Positions 48,401 through 61,100 of a stretch of DNA of 64,000 nucleotides are shown one piece after another. The DNA is from Phoronis australis. Lineage: Eukaryota; Animalia; Phoronida. Positions within the stretch are counted from its first letter, which is position 1. The number at the start of each line of letters is the position of its first letter. The notes beneath the pieces were generated by a model, which saw only the letters and a list, made by a program, of their open reading frames with translations, was not told the DNA's origin and ran no database searches. The position numbers and the translations under genes are program-made. The stretch is taken from assembly GCA_002633005.1 (NCBI GenBank), contig NMRA01000595.1, forward strand, positions 194,225 to 258,224. The letters run 5' to 3'.

Positions 48401-50296
48401 ATTTGTGGGATCAAAGTGTACAATATCCAGATTGCAGTCAATCGTCTACTCGGTATACTGACAACTCATTTTGGATAGATGCTACCTATTGAATCGCGCC
48501 TATAGTAAACTGTACCTTTAGCTGCTTGAAATTATATGAGGAAGTTATATTCATTTCTGCTAGCATATACGTCTTAAGCCTCTGTTATCCCACAATTCTT
48601 TGTGTTCATGACGTCTCACAGTAAACAGCAAAAATGTCAAACTGTGCAGTCCTGTAAAGTCGTCTACTGAGTCCAAAAATAGGCCATTTCCCAATTTTGA
48701 GATAAAAACATTAGTGTCCCAGTGACCCTTTTCATGTCACTTTTTTGTCTTTAATTAAATCAGTCCTCGGCCACAGTAAGATTAAAAACCGGACGATCGC
48801 CGCACAAATGAAGAAGTTCATGATAAATCAACGTTTCCTCTATTCGTTAGACATCATCAGGATATTTATTTAGGACAACAAGTGCCAACATACATCTCAG
48901 GTGACATCCATGAAGTGAAGTGACAGATACACAGTAGACAGTAGCTGGTCATCACCATAGCGGCGATCGTCCGGTTTTTAATCTTTTTCGTCTTGTCTCA
49001 AGTTTGTTTGTAGCAATTGGAAGCTGCTCTAAAATCGCTATCCATCAAAAATAACTTTTGACATAGGTTGCTAATTGCTGTGAAATTAAGTCTCGTCTTT
49101 TTCGTTACCAGATGTGTTTAATAGGCCTGTCAGGTTATTTGAAAAGCATCCTGGTTTACGTCATTGACGAATTAACATCTCCATACACACCCCGACACTA
49201 TACTTCTCACCAGAGTAAGGGACACATTGAGACCAGTTTGACAGCGAGCAGTGGTGTAAATCAAAATTTTGTTTCTTTGATTTACACTAGCAACTTAAAC
49301 GTTATGTATCTTAGTGTGGTTTTAAGTATGAAATGTTGTTTTCATATTAGGGGTCAGAATGAAGTTACCCTACAGATTTTTCATCCACTCACAGTGCCGG
49401 TTTCTTCCACAGTAACAAACCATTGCTCTCGATAAGTCATACAGTTTGTCCTTTAAGCTGTTATCTTTCCATCCACCCACACTGGCCGAAAACCATCAAC
49501 TAGTTTTGGATCTGTTCAAATATTCAGGGTGAGAAGCCGGCAACCCTTATCAGGAGCCGCAAACCTCTAACCATCAAGCAAAACCATTTTTAATATCACC
49601 CTCCACGAAACATTTGCCACGCATTGTAGAAATTACGCTCAAAGAACTTTTGCCACGGGAACCTGAACTACGAGCACACACAAATAGGGCACCTTACCAT
49701 GAGGCTCAAATAAGTCAGTGCATGATATTGGCCACCAGAGGTCATTGCTCTGTAGTCTGGAAGATTGGTTTATATAATTTTAACATTGGTGATCCTCATC
49801 TGATTGCGCGACGTCCTTTCATTCATTTTTGGAAGAGAAACTCTGGGATTTGTGTTGTCCTTTGTCTATTGCTTGTTTACCTTACAGGAAACAACACGAC
49901 CTCGCCATTGCGTATTACACGGAGTCGCTAAAAATTCACGAGCGTTGCCTAGGAAAGTTTTCGTATTTTAGTGAGAAGGTGAACATCAAGATCGGTTGCA
50001 TCTTCCAGGAAACTGGCGAGTTAGAAAAGGCCGCCTTTTTCCTCGCACCTCTCCTGTCGGACGAGAAGCGGAACGAGATTATTACACGTGAGCCAAAGTA
50101 TGAAATGATCCCCAAAGCGGCACTGGCGATGTGTAAAGTCCAGGCACAACTGAGAACTGGAGACTGTGATTACAGGCGAATCTTAAGCCAGGAAGTGGAT
50201 CGGTTGTCTGCGTTATACTTGAGGGACGGCGACGAGGATAACTTGAAAGCTCTTAGAGAGACGTATGGTGAATATTTGGATACGACTGGCGATTGA
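36408..50296 (+). CDS. STAND P-loop NTPase (NB-ARC-like) plus C-terminal TPR-repeat protein, NLR-like, ~847 aa, 9 coding exons
   Basis: Exons 36408-36635, 38980-40101, 43612-43768, 44166-44310, 44425-44528, 45178-45297, 46534-46680, 48105-48216 and 49888-50296 splice AG/GT with matching phases into one 2544-nt ORF. NTPase motifs: FVGR, P-loop GPPLVGKS, Walker B LLLVDNCD, RIVTTSR, SLPSVV (GLPL-like), FMYPFLR (MHD-like). TPRs include AERHLKEALEMRKQMNPLHPSVAVALNNLGGLY. AATAAA at ~50413. Confidence 0.9.
36797..37044. mobile_element. Penelope-like element remnant: inverted pair of terminal repeats carrying hammerhead cores
   Basis: ~95-bp arms at 36797-36890 and 36951-37044 are reverse complements; each holds (C/G)TGATGATGTCTT-loop-AAGACGAAACGTT. 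Confidence 0.7.
36958..37013 (+). ncRNA. Minimal hammerhead-ribozyme-like motif
   Basis: CTGATGA core at 36964-36970, stem II GTCTT/AAGAC, GAAA, then ACGTT...AACGTC as a possible stem III with a GUC triplet; stem I pairing is weak. Confidence 0.55.
38980..40101 (+). CDS. Large NB-ARC-like exon (exon 2) of the STAND-TPR gene
   Basis: Core of ORF 38926..40263, trimmed to the ccacag acceptor and gtaatt donor; continues the P-loop helix ...GKSRLAKQ|IFLELLQES. Confidence 0.92.
45959..46452. mobile_element. MITE in an intron of the STAND-TPR gene
   Basis: TIRs ctgagtgttccatcgaaac / gtttcgatggaacaccctg; no clear TSD. Confidence 0.7.
48778..48985 (-). mobile_element. Second Penelope-like remnant of the same family, with a hammerhead-like core on the minus strand
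   Basis: Left arm is homologous to 36797-36890; minus strand reads cctgatgatgtctaacgaatagaggaaacgtt; terminal inverted aagattaaaaaccggacgatcgccg / cggcgatcgtccggtttttaatctt. Confidence 0.65.
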
Positions 50297-51963
50297 CCGT
50301 CTTGTGTCCGTGATCTGAATGATGAATACACCCTCGCTATTTATTATGTAGTTTGCACTGCTGTTTTATAATATGTGTTGAATGTGTTTGTTCACAAAAC
50401 GTTTGGTTGTCGAATAAAGTCTAGATGTAATCTGGCGTTATCTATATTGAGAGACTCTTAAGACTTCTCTTAAATTTTTTTGCCAGTCGCTCCTGGGGAA
50501 ACAAACGAAGTTATATTGTGGTCCAAGATTTTCTAATGAATATACAATCATGTAGTCTTATGTCTTGGAAACTAGGCTCGGGCCACTGACAGCTAGTTAC
50601 GTTTGTTTAAGAAAAAAATGCCACCGTTTGATAACTAACATCTATGCATTGTTTTCGCGCACGTAATAAAGTTATGTGATGACTAAATATTTAAAAAAAA
50701 TATATAATTTTACCGGTGTACTGGTAATGCTTTTCAAAGTTATGTAAATTCGGTCCTTTTTAACGAAGCTTCAAGGCGCACTTCAACCTAGTTTGCTGGC
50801 TGAACTTGTTTTTGTTAGTTTTTGGCTGTTTAGTGGACTAGATTGGCAATGTACCTGCGGAATGGAATAGTAGTAAGAATAATGGAATTTTAAATTAAAT
50901 CACGTTCGTTTCTGTCTCGAAATCAGACATTGTTGAATATAGTAAGTGGCACACTTGATCCTCTGTGGTAGCAACAAGGATCCACTGAGGTTTGTCCACA
51001 TGTTCGTAAGTCACGAACTTCAAAGGGTACCGGTCAGTGTGTGGAAATTTTTGAAGAAACTGGCATCCTTTTCCATATAAACTTTGAGGTGTTTTTTCAA
51101 TTCTATGTACGGCTAATAATTGTCACGTGATTAACCATGATTTGATTCGTATACCTTATTAGATTCTAATTACCGTAAATTACATGACAACCTATTTCTC
51201 AGATTGTGTGACACAATTTGACGATTTAAAAGAAAGCGCGTCTCTCAAAACTTGTGATAGAAGATTCCTTTGTCAGCACGCCCGTAGCCAAGAGTGAGTG
51301 CGGGTCTGACGGGCGCGAACACACCCCACCGGCAATTGAAGTCCACTCGGTGCAGAGCTGCTTGTGCCGGGCAATTTTGCAAAGTTTTAGCAATTTTTGC
51401 TAAAAGCCCCCGAATCCCTGTGCATTTTGACGTCATAAGCAGTGTATCGCCTCAGAGTAATCTGGGAGCAGGCCACTGCTTACAATGGCGTGGGTAATTT
51501 GGTCGGTAAATATCCCAAACTTCTCAAAGCGGTTTCTCATCAGCACACGACAACTGTAAAGGTCGATTACAAACAACAAGTAGCTTATCATTTATTTAGA
51601 ATATCACTCGATATTATTTGCTCAACTTATCTCATAGCCCGGCCGGGACGCATAGCCACGACAGGCTCAGGCCCAAGTCTCGCAGATCTGCACGCGCCGG
51701 TACCAAGCGCTACATGTAGGTCATGAGAACACGCAGCTACGTTGCACCTTACCAGCACCCGTACTCGTTGCAGGTCATTGTCGTCAGCTCCGTTGTGATG
51801 GCTTTCGTCAGGTAAATCACACTGATCAATTTGAAAGTGCACGAGTTTCAAGTAAAATCGGACACATTCATTGTTATCTAATGACAAACTGGTAAACACT
51901 GCTTATGACGTTAAGAGTTGGGCGGCAAGAATTGTGACTCAGTGATCACGAAAAGGATGATTA

Positions 51964-52393
51964 CATGGGCGGCGTACTAAAGGGGACTGGGGAGCTATAG
52001 TCCCCCACTTTTTTCAGTGCTGTGCCGCCCATGGTCTAGGGACGGTGCACCACAGGGGGGCTGATAGGCTATAGCCCCCACTTCCTTTAGTGCTGCGCCG
52101 CCCATGGTCTAGGGACAGTGCACCAAAGGGGGGCTGATAGGCTATTAGTGCTGCGCCGCCCATGGTCTAGGGACGGTGCACCACAGGGGGGGGGCTGATA
52201 GGCTATATCCCCACTTCCTTTAGTGCTGCGCCGCCCATGGTCTAGGGACGGTGCACCACAGGGGGAGGCTGATAGGCTATAGCCCCCACTTCCTTTAGTG
52301 CTGCGCCGCCCATGGTCTAGGGACGGCGAACCACAGGGGGGGGGGGGCTGATAGGCTATAGCCCCCACTTCCTTTAGTGCTGCGCCGCCCATG
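51964..52393. repeat. GC-rich minisatellite (~61-bp unit, about 6 copies) enclosed by CATGGGCGGCG / CGCCGCCCATG inverted ends (MITE-derived)
   Basis: Unit ctatagcccccacttcctttagtgctgcgccgcccatggtctagggacggtgcaccacag(g)nctgatagg. Confidence 0.9.
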
Positions 52394-52950
52394 TGATAAA
52401 ACTGCATACAGTTGCGTCAGCAATTACGGAAATTCAATTTGCAATGAATAACGGAAGTATATTCCAGCTGAGACGCGGCAATAAATTAACTTATCATGAC
52501 ACCAAAACAGAGGAATTTGTATTTTATATGCATATCGTGATCAGGAATGGTAATAAACATTTGTTGACTGTCGAATTAATAATCGTTTGTGATTTCTTTG
52601 TATAAAGTGACTCCTATTTGTGAAGAGATCATTTGCTTTGTATGTATCTTTTTGATGAGAGAATGGTGAAGAAAGCAAAAACAAACGATGTGAAGCATCA
52701 AGCGCGGAATTTACCGAAGATTTTCGAATGAACAGATTGAGCCATTCTAGATAACACCTCGTCAGATTACTGGACGAGAAATTTAGGCAATAAAATTTCA
52801 AGAGTCTTGTATTGACGACATAACAACTATTTCAAAGAGTTATCTATTCGATCAATAGAAAATACAACGGGCTCTCTATTTGGAAGACGATTCTTTCGAA
52901 AATGTACGGTGGCATGTATTTATTGTACTGCAGCTGCATCGATATTACAT

Positions 52951-54420
52951 CTAATACTTTTCAACACAAAGGACATGCTGCGCGCATTTTTTACACTTGG
53001 TAGAACACCTGTTGCAGTCGACCGTCGGTAAGGTGGGCGAGGCTTCGTCTTGAGTCCACCTGAAACAAGTAATGAAATCCCGAAGCAATGTACGAAAAAC
53101 TCGGCACCCTGTTACGTCATTTCCGGTATGTGAATACTAGCTGCTCAACGCACATGGCGTCACCCTGTTACAAGTTGCATCATGCTTCAACAATCATTTC
53201 CGACAGTGATTATTCCAGCAGGAACGGATTCACAAATCAAAGGTAAACAAGCAAAGGTAACAAAACACTGCGCACGAATTAGAAAGGTGATAAACTGACA
53301 AGATCACTTGAATCTTACTGAGCCTAAAACAACATCCGTTTTGCTATTGATACTGCTCCTGGAAAAGCATTTCACTTTTGAAGTGAAACATACTTACGGA
53401 TTGATTATTGTGCATATTTCCAATGTGTATCCAGTTGAACATTGATATGATGGGTGTCTTAAATAGCCACTGCTCGGGTTCCTTTTCAAGTACACCTTTG
53501 CGCACGTGGCCTTAGCCTACAAACATTGAAAATTGTTGTAGTCTACCGATTTTGGATGTGATTACATTATGTCCCTGTGCTATTACGAGTGTTGTACTAA
53601 GAATTCTCACTCATTAACACAAAGATGTAACATTCGGACATATCGATTTGTGGATGGTGAGAAATGTCCAAGTATAATGTACATTAAGGGAGAAATAGTT
53701 TTTCGTCATTTATGCCTGCCTCTCCAGACAAGGTGAACCGAAGGATTAAAGCCATTCATTTCTTTTCTCCAAAAAACAAAATATGAAACATGTGTGCAGG
53801 TACTGGCTATACATGAAGCTTGCCTACAGTCTAAACGTTGCATTCAAAGTATTTCTTGCATTTATTTATACTGCAAACCTTGCTGGCCATGTCAAAAACC
53901 GAGCACAACCACGCAAAATTGGCAGGTTTAAACCCAAAAACTACAGCTGGCATGCTATTATTGGGCACCAGCCACTCAGAATGCCAAAACACTCTAGATT
54001 TTAAAACCGGAAGATAGTGGGTGTCGACAGAAAGTTTTTTTGCTAACCTGAAAAGTCTGAAGGGTACCTTAATTTCAAGCCAAAACTTTCTTAGTCGAGT
54101 GGAAGTGGTTAAAACATAAATATATAATAAAAACATTCGTGGCTAGCCACCAGAATTTCCGAATTCAGCACAAATGTCGCTTCATAGCTCACCAGAGAAA
54201 CCTTCACCCTCTCATACATGTACCTTGGTTCCACTTTTTCCCCATCTATTGCTGGCGAAGCAAGTCATCACTCCGTTGCTATCTCGCGTCATTTTATTTC
54301 CGTCGCACGTGCCTGTGTTTTCGCAGACGCAGCCAACCATGCGGTCGCCTGGTTCACACGTCACAGACGATAGCTCGTCATCAGCACCACCCGTCGCTGG
54401 TCCCAGTTTGGTGTACACAC
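52951..54420 (-). CDS. Small Cys-rich protein with resistin / PCSK9 C-terminal-module-like repeats (3 well-supported exons; first coding exon uncertain)
   Basis: Exons 54224-54420, 53398-53516 and 52951-53059 join in phase: VYTKLGPATGGADDELSSVTCEPGDRMVGCVCENTGTCDG...TCFASNRWGKSGTK|AKATCAKV...YQCSTGYTLEICTIINP|WTQD...CNRCSTKCKKCAQHVLCVEKY*. Minus-strand AATAAA at 52919-52924. A candidate phase-1 start exon is at 56205-56259. Confidence 0.75.
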
Positions 54421-56486
54421 CTGAAAAATAAACATGACGGTTATTTGCAGGTTAATGCAATATGATGAAAGGTACATGTACCATATTTCCGGCTCCCGTC
54501 TACACGTGTGTGGAGGAGAACCCGTTGCACAACTATTTTGATAACACCATTCAAGGCGGTGGTCACACACAGGTTTAGACTTACATGTATATAGCAAACC
54601 TTAGTGTGATAAATTGTTTGAAGGATTCACAACGCCGGGCTATCAAACATCTTTTCATGATAATGCAGACACTAAGCGGCCGTCCTGGGCGTCCTTGGGA
54701 CGGCCCTTTTAAAAAAATGACGGCTTTGGACGGCACGGCCAAGACGGAAAAAAGACGGCCTGAACCAAAACAACCTCGGCGAAAGTGAAGGCTAAACGAA
54801 GAATTTTAACATTTATTATTAATAAATTTCATTGAAACCTACAATTCATTGTTTAAGTTCGCTAAATATTAAGAAATAACTCGACATTAGAAACGTTTGC
54901 CATCTATTTTTACTATAAATGTCACAATGACGATCGGCAAATACTGGCAGCCATCTTTGGGGAACACCTTCCTTTTCTGTGACGTCAAGGTGACTTCATA
55001 CGGAATCCCCCGCACGACGAGTGTCGAGAAATATTGCCGCATCCAGCGCTAACTACCCGTACATGGACACTTAATCTTTGAAACTGAAGAACCCACACCC
55101 GAAGTTCAAAGGATTTGCCGTACCTCTAATGCTAGTTGCCGACGCGGAAGTTGAAGCGGCACTCGATATATTCGACGGAGCAGCCAATTTGAAATAGCCG
55201 ACGGAGAACGACGTACACTTCGAAAAAATGATACCCGACAAAATTCTAGCCCTGACCTGCCGTACAAATGCCATCAATGTCGTTGAACCGGCATGCAAAC
55301 CAGATAAAACTTAGCGCAAACTTCCTTAGTTTAATTGTTCGCATAGCTCCGTTGCAACTCGAACGAATGAATGAAAAAATATCAAAAAAATCCGCACGGC
55401 CGAACGACTTATATTGATGCGCGAGAATGCAGTGCAAACTTTACGAGAAAAAAATGTGGTGTGTAATGTTGGTTGCGTATTCAATGAATAACTTAGCATG
55501 AAAATAAATGTCTCGAAATACTTCAACTTATTGTGGAATTCCATGATTATTGGGCGATTCGAGTTTATCCTCTGTGTGTGGCAGTGCGTGCCGTATATGG
55601 AAAAAAGTAGGTCAGCCAGTCACGTGCACAGCACCTGTTACTTNAAAGAATTAATTTACCGGAAATGACATTTTTACGAATTCGAAAAATCAGCCACGAA
55701 GTTTGTGTTTCTGTTTTTCAGATTATGTCTCAAATGATGCTGCCATTTTCGTAATACATTAATATTTTATATATATAAAAGTGCGATTACCGGAGTTTAC
55801 TGATAACAATTTTTACAGGCATGAAACCTGTACTTGGAGGCCGGAGCTTATAAAAAGAAAGACACTCGTTTCGATCACATTGGTTTTTTAAAATTGCTTT
55901 AGATGACAAAGTTAAAATCAAAAATTTGAAAATCAACACACAGATTGTTACCGGGACATGTAATAAAATACACAGCATGCTCCGATAAAATCCGATAAAA
56001 TAAATTTCATGCTACATATACCCATTAATTTCTTTTAGTAATTTGGTAAATTTTAAACTTTGATCTATCGATCATCCTTGCAAAAACACTTGGAAATACG
56101 AGTTCATTCCGAATGATTTTTTTGCTTCTTCTTTAAAAAGAAGAATTAGATTCTGTGGCCGAAACAGATATCGTCGTTTAGCAAAATTTTGCGGGTTAGA
56201 TTACCTTTGTTACTATGCATAAGACAAAAAAATGAGCACTGCTTCCAAGTCAACTTCATTTCCCATGTATGGGGTTATATTGCTTTGTGAAATTCACGTC
56301 AACAAGTAGCCGTAAATCCTGTAAATCAGCCCATGGGACTTTTTTCACTTTAACGTTTTCTACAAAATTTTACTTGAGTATGGATTTTCTTGAATTTGCT
56401 TATAAAAGTTTGGTATTTTCTTACTGCAAATTTGCTAATAAAAGTGAGATCACCGAATCGGTTTTTCCGTTACACACGCCAAAAAT

Positions 56487-56790
56487 TGGGTTCGTATGCA
56501 TGAATCATGCATACGAACCCAAAAATCACACTTACGAACAAAAGTCATAAGCACGGACCGCAAAAAATATACAGTGTACATACGATTATAAAATCATACA
56601 CACGAATAGAATCACACGCACGAACACATTATCGTTTGGTGGTTCGTGCGTAGTATTCGGAGGCTCGTGCTTAGGATTTGTGTTCGCATCTGTGAGTTTG
56701 TGGTTCGTGAGTATTTTATGCGTGATTTTTGGGTTCGTGTACGTGATTCATGGGTTCGTAGGCATGATTCATAGTTTCGTAGGTGGTTTG
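56487..56790. repeat. Fold-back-like segment of ~20-bp ACGAAC-containing units in opposite orientations
   Basis: Left half iterates catacgaac/cacgaat/cacgaac; right half iterates ggttcgtg/gttcgta. Confidence 0.55.
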
Positions 56791-58057
56791 TGCGTCTCAT
56801 TCGCGGTGGCATAGGTGGCGCTGGTTACAGTTGCAGCAAGGGGCTGATTTTATTCTCTGAGATGATATTAAAAATCGTGTGAAACGCAAATGAGTTTGTT
56901 TTTAGTAGCGAATTCATTTTCGCTTTATCTTTTAAATTCAAAGTAATAATAGATTTACTGTAAAATCGTTTGGAAGATTTTCTTTTTAAATGTGTTTCAA
57001 AAACAAAAATCGTTTTAAATTTATTTTGCATCAAATTCTCTTTTTAAATTGTTTTACCTATAGAATATTTTTATTTTTGATTTTAAGAACAATAATATAT
57101 TTTAAAATTGTTTAATGTCAGATTCTCTTAAACTAATCAACAGTATCTCAAAGCTAAGAGCGTTTCGTAAATAACAGCTTCGTGAGTAGTTGCGTTTTTC
57201 CACTTACATGTACAAAACGTCTGTAAACTTCAAAATTATTTCATTTCTAATTTAAAAAAAGAATAATTAGTTTTATGTCAGATTTTATCTTTAAACATCT
57301 TTTAACTTCCAGATAATTTTATTTTTAATGTTAGTTTTATCTTGGCACCGAAGGGCCTCCACAGACATGGTTTTATCCAACAAATTTTTTTCTAATTTTG
57401 ACAATGCTTATAAATATCATTATGGCTCTAATGGATTATTGGCAGAAAACGAAAATATGAACTGAAGTAACACCTGGCCATCCACCAGAAAAGGTAATAT
57501 GGTACTTAAGAATTCAAGTCCTTAGCATATTTTCGAGAACGGGGAATTTTTAAATGTTTCCAGAAAATGTATTCGCTTAGGCTCAATATTGCCTTTAAGG
57601 AAACCCTTTCCTTGTCATTTTGGTAAAACGCTTTCCACAACGATTTTTGTTACAAGCCGAGTTGATTTAAGAAATAGGAATTTAGGAGATGTTTTGTAGG
57701 TTGAATTTTGAATTTCTTGTGGTACACCAACAGTATGGTTGGCACAATTGATACATGTAGATGATAAAATTCTAAGTGGAAAAACGCAACTAATCACGAG
57801 ACAGTTATTTAGGAAACGGTCTTACCTTTGAGATATTTTTGGCTGGCTTAAAATTCTTATCTAGTAAAAATCAAGGAAACAATGTCTTAGATCTGTTACA
57901 GGGAGGCTGATAGTGGCAATAGAAACTTGCTCGAAAAGTTCAGCGAAAGTAGACACATGTAGCAAGAGACACTTACCAAAGTCAGGTTCCTGTCTTTTGG
58001 ATTACAGTAAATAGGGGTTCGACCTCAATTACTCACGAATTTGGGTGAGAGGCAGGC

Positions 58058-58065
58058 TATTTATA
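58058..58065 (-). promoter_or_regulatory. Candidate TATA box (TATAAATA) for the minus-strand Cys-rich gene
   Basis: Lies ~80 nt upstream of a strong gtaagt donor at 57976, followed by an AG/GT-bounded non-coding-looking exon at 57826-57892. Confidence 0.35.
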
Positions 58066-58179
58066 GGAGTTTTAGTCACGCTATCAGCTAATACATGTAT
58101 GCATGAAAAGCGAGGAACTGCATTTACATTTAACATCAAAGAAAATTAATGCGGGAGGTTTTAATTTATTTATTTAGGT

Positions 58180-61100
58180 TGTTGATAAATCTCATGATGG
58201 CATAATTGGACTGCAATTTAGTAATGTGTTTTCTGATTATAAGTTTGTTATATTTGTCTGTTATTTACATGAACCTCCAGAAAATTCCCCTTGGGGATGT
58301 GACCCCTGCACTTTTTATGCTCATTTGTTATGTCAGTTGTATTCCCTCGATGATTACGATTCTGTATATTTATGTGGAGACTTTAATGCCCGTATAAGAG
58401 ACTTGAAGGATTATGTACAGGACGTCGATGTAATCCCCAGCAGACAGTCTTTAGATGGTTCTAAAAATAGGCATGGGGATTCCTTCATTGAATTTTGTAT
58501 NTTTGTTATGTCAGTTGTATTCCCTCGATGATGTTGATTCTGTATATTTATGTGGAGACTTTAATGCCCGTATAAGAAACCTGAAAGATCATGTACAGGA
58601 TGTCGATGTAATCCCCAGCAGACAGTCTTTAGATGGTTCAAAAAATAGGCATGGGGATTCCTTCATTGAATTTTGTATTGACTCAAAGTTTTGTGTTCTC
58701 AATGGGCGTATATGTCCCGATCAAGATAACTTTACATTCGTATCTGGAAGGGGTTCTTCTGTTGTTGATTACATACTTACGCATCATGAAAATTGATCTA
58801 ATTGTTTGAAATTTGAAATTCATACACCCGTAGCGTTGGTGGACAAATTTGATCTTCTGAGTGAAATTTCTGGCGTTTGCCATATGCCAGATCATTCTTA
58901 ACTTGCCCTGGATATTTCCATGCATTATAATGGCAACATTTCTCAGTTAAAGGAAGCTTGCATCGATTTCCCAAAGAGATATAAAGTTCGGTCAATTCCC
59001 ATAGACTTTATGAATTCTGAAATTTTTAATACTGCTATGCGAGAATTAATTGATTCTATTTTGGTCTGCAGAGCAACCCAAGAAAACATTGACTGTATGT
59101 ACAGTAGGTTTTGTAAGTGTATATTTGATGAGATGGACAGAAAATTATTTTGTTCTATCTCAAAGAAGGTGAAAAGGAGATTTAAATCAAGCAAACCCTA
59201 TTGGTGTGCTGAATTGTCCGAGCTTTGGAAAGATGTAAGTTTAAAGGAAAAAAAATTTTGAAATGCAGCGGCTCTCGAGAAGAACGCTCTTTACTGAGAC
59301 GCCAATTTCAAAATGCCCAGGTTCTATTTGATAAAGTCCACAAGAGGATCGAAAGAAAATTTTTGAGAGATCAAGCTGACCTCATAGAATCCAACCCAAC
59401 AGAATTTTGGAAGTACATTAAGAACTTGGGCCCCCCTTTTAGAAAGACGATACCCATGGAGGTATACGATGACACTGGAAACCCTAATACCGTACCAATA
59501 ACCAATATGTTTTTAATAAATGGAAGAACGAGTATGAATCGTAATACAATGGTCCAACTGTAAATGAGTTTGACCGGGGATTTTATGCTGATATGCTTCT
59601 CAAAAAAGCTCATCTTGAGTCGTTTAATAATCTTGACTTTGATGAAAACAGTATTTTGAATAAAAATATTACTCGCGATGAAGTAAAGTGTGTAGTGATG
59701 AAATCTAAATACAATAAAGCAGTAGGAATTGATCATATTTGTTATGAAGTATGTAAAAATGATAACGCTACTGACCTTTTGACTAATTTGTTCCAAATGG
59801 TTTTTCGTTACGCTATGGTTCCTAGTTTATGGGCTAAATCCGTTATTATGCCTATCCCAAAGGGGTCAGAGAAGGACCCGCGCGTCCCGCTGAGTTATAG
59901 AGGTATCAGCTTGTTGTCTAACGTACACAAGTTGTATAGTAGTGTATTGAACAATAGACTGGTTGATGAGCAAAATGGCTTTCGTCGTGACAGAGCATGT
60001 GTTGATCACGTCTTTGTTTTGACCTCGATTATACGTAATCGCTTGACTAACAAACAATCCACATTTGCTACTTTTATTGATATGCAAAAAGCTTTTGACT
60101 GGGTAGATAGAAATAGTTTACTTTTTAAAAATGTTTTAAAAATGAATCAGTTAAAAATATTTATGCCAAAACTCAATCCTGTGTTAAGATTAATAATACC
60201 TTTACGGACTGGTTTTATACATCTTGTGGGGTCAAACAGGGAGATGTTTTATCACCTACTCTTTTTGCACTATTTATAAATGATTTGGCAAAGGAATTAA
60301 AACAGTCAAATTTAGGAATTCCTATAGGTGCTGATAATGTTTCATCTTTGTTTTATGCTGATGATATAGTGGTACTTGCCGAGAGCGAAGAAAATTTACA
60401 GGGTTTATTGAATTAGTTGATAAATGGTGTTCTAAATGGTGGCTAATTGTCAATCAGGAAAAAAATAATGTTATTCACTTCAGATCCAAGCATGTCTCGC
60501 GTAGTTTATATCCATTTCGGTTGGGTCGACTAGACCTAGAATATGTACCCAAATTTAAATATTTAGGAATAATTATAAATGAACATTTGAAGTTTNGCCT
60601 ATCCCAAAGGGGTCAGAGAAGGACCCGCGCGTCCCGCTGAGTTATAGAGGTATCAGCTTGTTGTCTAACGTATACAAGTTGTCTAGTAGTGTATTGAACA
60701 ATAGACTGGTTGAGTACGTGGAAGACAGCGGGCTCCTTGTTGATGAGCAAAATGGCTTTCGTCGTAACAGAGCATGTGTTGATCACGTCTTTGTTTTAAC
60801 CTCGATTATACGTAATCGCTTGAATAACAAACAATCCACATTTGCTTCTTTTATTGATATGCAAAAAACTTTTGACTGGGTAGATAGAAATAGTTTACTT
60901 TTTAAAATGTTGGATCTTATGATAGTTGGAAAATTTTATGAATCAGTTAAAAATATTTATGCCAAAACTCAATCCTGTGTTAAGATTAATAATACCTTTA
61001 CGGAATGGTTTTATACATCTTGTGGGTTCAAACAGGGAGATGTTTTATCACCTACTCTTTTTGCACTATTTATAAATGATTTGGCAAAGGAATTAAAACA

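Noticed and set aside
51753-51821. AG/GT-bounded 69-nt minus-strand exon-like segment (VIYLTKAITTELTTMTCNEYGC)
   Set aside because: Lies beyond the stop and polyA signal of the Cys-rich gene, and no partner exons were found
52087-52407. 106-aa repetitive ORF
   Set aside because: Translation of the minisatellite
53117-53164. Alternative terminal exon GDAMCVEQLVFTYRK* for the Cys-rich gene
   Set aside because: The 53398-53516 plus 52951-53059 path fits the Cys pattern, splice sites and polyA signal better
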